In this document: in pieces, positions 61,031 to 64,000 of the stretch
How the letters are laid out: the number at the start of each line of letters is the position of its first letter
Position numbering within the stretch: position 1 is the first letter of the stretch
DNA from: Squalus acanthias
Lineage: Eukaryota
Assembly: GCA_030390025.1 (NCBI GenBank)
Contig: CM059431.1
Coordinates: forward strand, 128,404,001-128,468,000
DNA: 64,000 nucleotides
Direction of reading: 5' to 3'
Translations under genes and position numbers: made by a program
Notes under the pieces: model-generated
Seen by the model: the letters and a program-made list of their open reading frames with translations, nothing else
The model's database searches: none
Told to the model about the DNA's origin: nothing

Positions 61031-62340
61031 AGACTGTTGAAACCCATTTCTCCCACATCCGTCTTTGAGCCACTCGTTCATTTCTCTGATCTTATTTACC
61101 CAATGCAAATTCGCTCATGGCTCAGGTAGTAATCCAGAGATTATTACCTTTGTGGTTCTACTTTTTAATTTAGCCCCTAGCTGCTCATACTCCCTCAGCA
61201 GAACCTTTTTCTTTGTCCTACCTATGTCATTGGTACCTACGTGGACCATGACAACTGGATCCTACCCCTCCCACTCGAAGTTCCTCTCCAGCCCAGAGTA
61301 GATGTCCTTAACCCTGGCACCGGGTAGGCAACACAGCCTTCGGGACTCACGCTCTCGGCTGCAGAGAACAGTATCTATCCCCCGAACTATACTGTCCCCT
61401 ATCACTACAACATTTCTTTTTACTCCCCCCACTTGAATGGCTCCCTGTACCACGGTGCTGTGGTCAGATTGCTCATCCTCCCTGCAGTCCCTGCCCTCGT
61501 CCACACAGGGAGCAAGAATCTCGTACCTGTTTGACAAGGCCAAGGGCGGAGGCTCCTCCATCACTACCCCCTGGATCCCAATACCTGCCTCGCTTGTAGT
61601 CATACCCTCCTGTCCCTGACCATGGGCCAAATTGAAAGTAATTACTCTAGTGGGTGTGACTGCCTCCTGGAACTTAGTGTACAGGTAACGCTCCCCCTCC
61701 CTAATGTGTTGCAGTGTCCGAAGCTCGGACTCCAGCTCATCAAATCTGAGCCGAAGTTCCTTGAGCAGCCAACATTTGCTGCAGATGTGGTCGCCGTGGA
61801 CCTCAATGGTGTCCACGAGCTCCCACATGCAACAACAACACATTGCATGGTCTCCCATCTCAATTAATTAATTAATTAGTTTTTTAAATTTGGAACACGT
61901 ATATCTTTTAATCTACACCAAGGCACTTAAATTTAGACGCCCAAGTTTGGAAAAAAGCGAGAAATAGAGAAATACTCACCAACCAATCACTTACCTGCTT
62001 TCTGGTGACGTCACACTTCGATTACTTTTTACTTCTTTACACACACCGGTCCGTTGTAGCCGCTCCCATGGGCCCCCGCTTACCTTTAAATCAGCCGTTC
62101 CCGTGGGCCCCCGCTCACCTTTAAATCAGCCGCCGAGGTCTCGCGCTCTCCAGCCGCTCCCGTCGGCCCCCGCTCATCTTTAAATCAGCCGCTCCCGAGG
62201 GCCCCCGCTCACCTTTAAATCAGCCGCCGAGGTCTCGCGCTCTCCAGCCGCTCCCGTGGGCCCCCGCTCACCTTTAAATCAGCCGCTCCCGTGGGCCCCC
62301 GCTCTCCTTTAAATCAGCCGCCGAGGTCTCGCGCTCTTCA
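61031..62340 (-). mobile_element. 5' end of a second CR1 family (5' UTR and ORF1), truncated inside the esterase domain
   Basis: ORF 61262..61858(-) CCCCMWEL...HICSKC..L.EL..., VVVIGDSIVRG, CCLPGARVKDI. Confidence 0.9.
62059..62340. repeat. Higher-order minisatellite (35+35+24 bp) x3
   Basis: A = gccgctcccgtgggcccccgctcacctttaaatca and B = gccgccgaggtctcgcgctctcca, ordered AAB AAB AAB. Confidence 0.92.
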
Positions 62341-62404
62341 GCTCCAGTTTGGAAAGAGCTGAAGTTAATGGAGGGTGGAGATGGGAGGCTGGCCAGGAGA
62401 ACAA

Positions 62405-63118
62405 TGGGTGTCCTTGTACATGAGTCACTGAAAGTGAATGTGCAGGTGCAGCAAGCCATTACGAAGGCAAATGTTATGCTGGCCTTCATTACAAGAGGAT
62501 TTGAGTACAGGAGTAAAGAAGTCTTACTCCAATTATATAGGGCCTTGGTGAGACCACACCTGGAGTACTGTGTACAATTTTGGTCTCCTTATCTAAGGAA
62601 GGATATACTTGCCATAGAGGGAGTGCAACGAAGGTTCACAAGATTGATTCCTGGGATGGCGGGACTGTTGTATGAGAACAGATTGAGTAAACTAGGCCTG
62701 TATTCTCTTGAATTCAGAAGAATGAGAGGGGATCTCATTGAAGCATACAAAATTATTACAGGGCTTGATAGGGTGGATGCTGGGAGAAGGTTTCCCTTAG
62801 CTGGGGAGTCTAGAACCAGGGGCCACAGCCTCAGGATAAAGGGTAGGCCATTCAGGACTGAGATGAAAATAAATTTCTTCACACAGAGGGTGGTGAATCT
62901 TTAGAATTCTCTACCCCAGAGGGCTGTGGAGGCTCAGTCATTGGGTATATTCAAAACAGAAGTCGATAGATTTCTGACTAGTAAGGGCTTCAAGGGATAT
63001 GGCGATAGGGCCGGTGAATGGAGTTGAGGCAGAAGATCAGCCATGATCTCATTGAATGGCGGAGCAGGCTCGAAGGGCCGAATGGCCTACTCCTGCTCCT
63101 ATTTCTTATGTTCTTATG
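62405..63118 (+). mobile_element. 5'-truncated CR1, near-identical to part of 14668-16683
   Basis: ORF 62368..62904 matches the C-terminus of the 424-aa RT. Tail tttcttatgttcttatg. Confidence 0.92.
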
Positions 63119-63230
63119 AATCGTCAATCTGGAGGTGACAAAGACATGGATGAGGTTTTTGTCAGCAGCTGGGTTGAGGCAGGCCGACACGAGTAATGTT
63201 ATGAAGGTGAAAATAGGCAGTATTTGTGCT
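63119..63230 (-). mobile_element. L2 RT C-terminal fragment
   Basis: LIHVFVTSRL motif (L2 LIHAFVTSRLDY-like). Confidence 0.6.
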
Positions 63231-63869
63231 GAGTGTGGACATCAATTATTGTATTCTATGTTCTTGATGTGTGCTAACATTCGGACATGGAAATTAATAA
63301 TTGTAATGTTATAACCACTGGTTTCATGGGAAATTATAATTTATACTGCAGTGTCTCTTGAAGAGAATGAAATCAACCCCTGGAGATCAAAGCACACTAA
63401 CTGGTAGGGTTTATACTGTAGCAATTGTGGTAAAATACAGTCCATGCCAACTTCACCCAGCTATAAACCTGCCAGCATAAGTGGGCTAATACTGTTTATA
63501 ACTTCATTTTTTGAAGGAATCTTGTTTGGAATGAGTCAGAGCCGCCAATTAAAAGGAAATCATCATTATTCTTTCTTGTTCTCTGACTAATTAAATTGGA
63601 ATCACTAAACCAAAGGGTACACAAGGCATTATGATCAATTTGATGTTTTGTCACATACTTTTTCAGCGTTCGTGCCTCGGAGAAGTTTGAGTGAAAAAGT
63701 CAATATCTGTGTAGGTTAAGATGAAGCGATTTACTTTTCACTTCAAACAGCAATGTAATTGGGGAAATGTTTCCTTATTAGCCCCAGAGAATATCACAAC
63801 ATCATTGGATGCGAAATAGGGCACAATTGGAGGAGCAACTATATGCTGCCTCTTGGCGACATCATCTGA

Positions 63870-64000
63870 AAGCACAGTGTCAGGTTCCACATGTACGCTG
63901 ACGACACCCAGCTCTACCTCATCACCAGCTCTCTCAACTCCTCCACGGTCTCTAAATTGTCAGTGCTTGTCTGACATCCAGTATTGAATGAGCAGAAATT
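63870..64000 (+). mobile_element. L2 RT fragment running off the window end
   Basis: ttccacatgtacgctgacgacacccagctctacctc = FHMYADDTQLYL. Confidence 0.75.

Noticed and set aside
62059..62340. CRISPR-like repeat array
   Set aside because: There are no unique spacers and no cas genes, and the context is eukaryotic. It is a minisatellite.

Overview
Eukaryotic, repeat-saturated DNA. The repeat content (CR1 LINEs with octamer tails, Penelope/Poseidon-type GIY-YIG retroelements, L2 and Deu-SINE tails) resembles a cartilaginous-fish genome; this is an inference and the species cannot be read from the sequence. No intact host protein-coding gene is recognisable. The window contains about 15 CR1 fragments, including two that retain the 5' end and ORF1. 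It also holds five PIF/Harbinger transposon copies with a spliced 3-exon Myb/SANT gene (three also keep a convergent DDE transposase), several Harbinger-type MITEs, Penelope-like elements with minimal hammerhead-ribozyme motifs, a 1.7-kb solo LTR and a split hAT transposase relic. Removing the nested insertions from 2.3-29.2 kb leaves a hidden head-to-tail array of a ~1.4-1.6-kb unit that looks like a gene 5' end (promoter motifs, exon 1 donor, intron, exon 2 with ATG and donor). Other notable signals: a ~760-bp MITE family carrying NRF1/ETS promoter motifs, three conserved AG|GT(AAG) splice donors and long hairpins; and two Harbingers inserted into adjacent units of one CR1 tail. Coordinates were read by eye, and most fragment boundaries are approximate.
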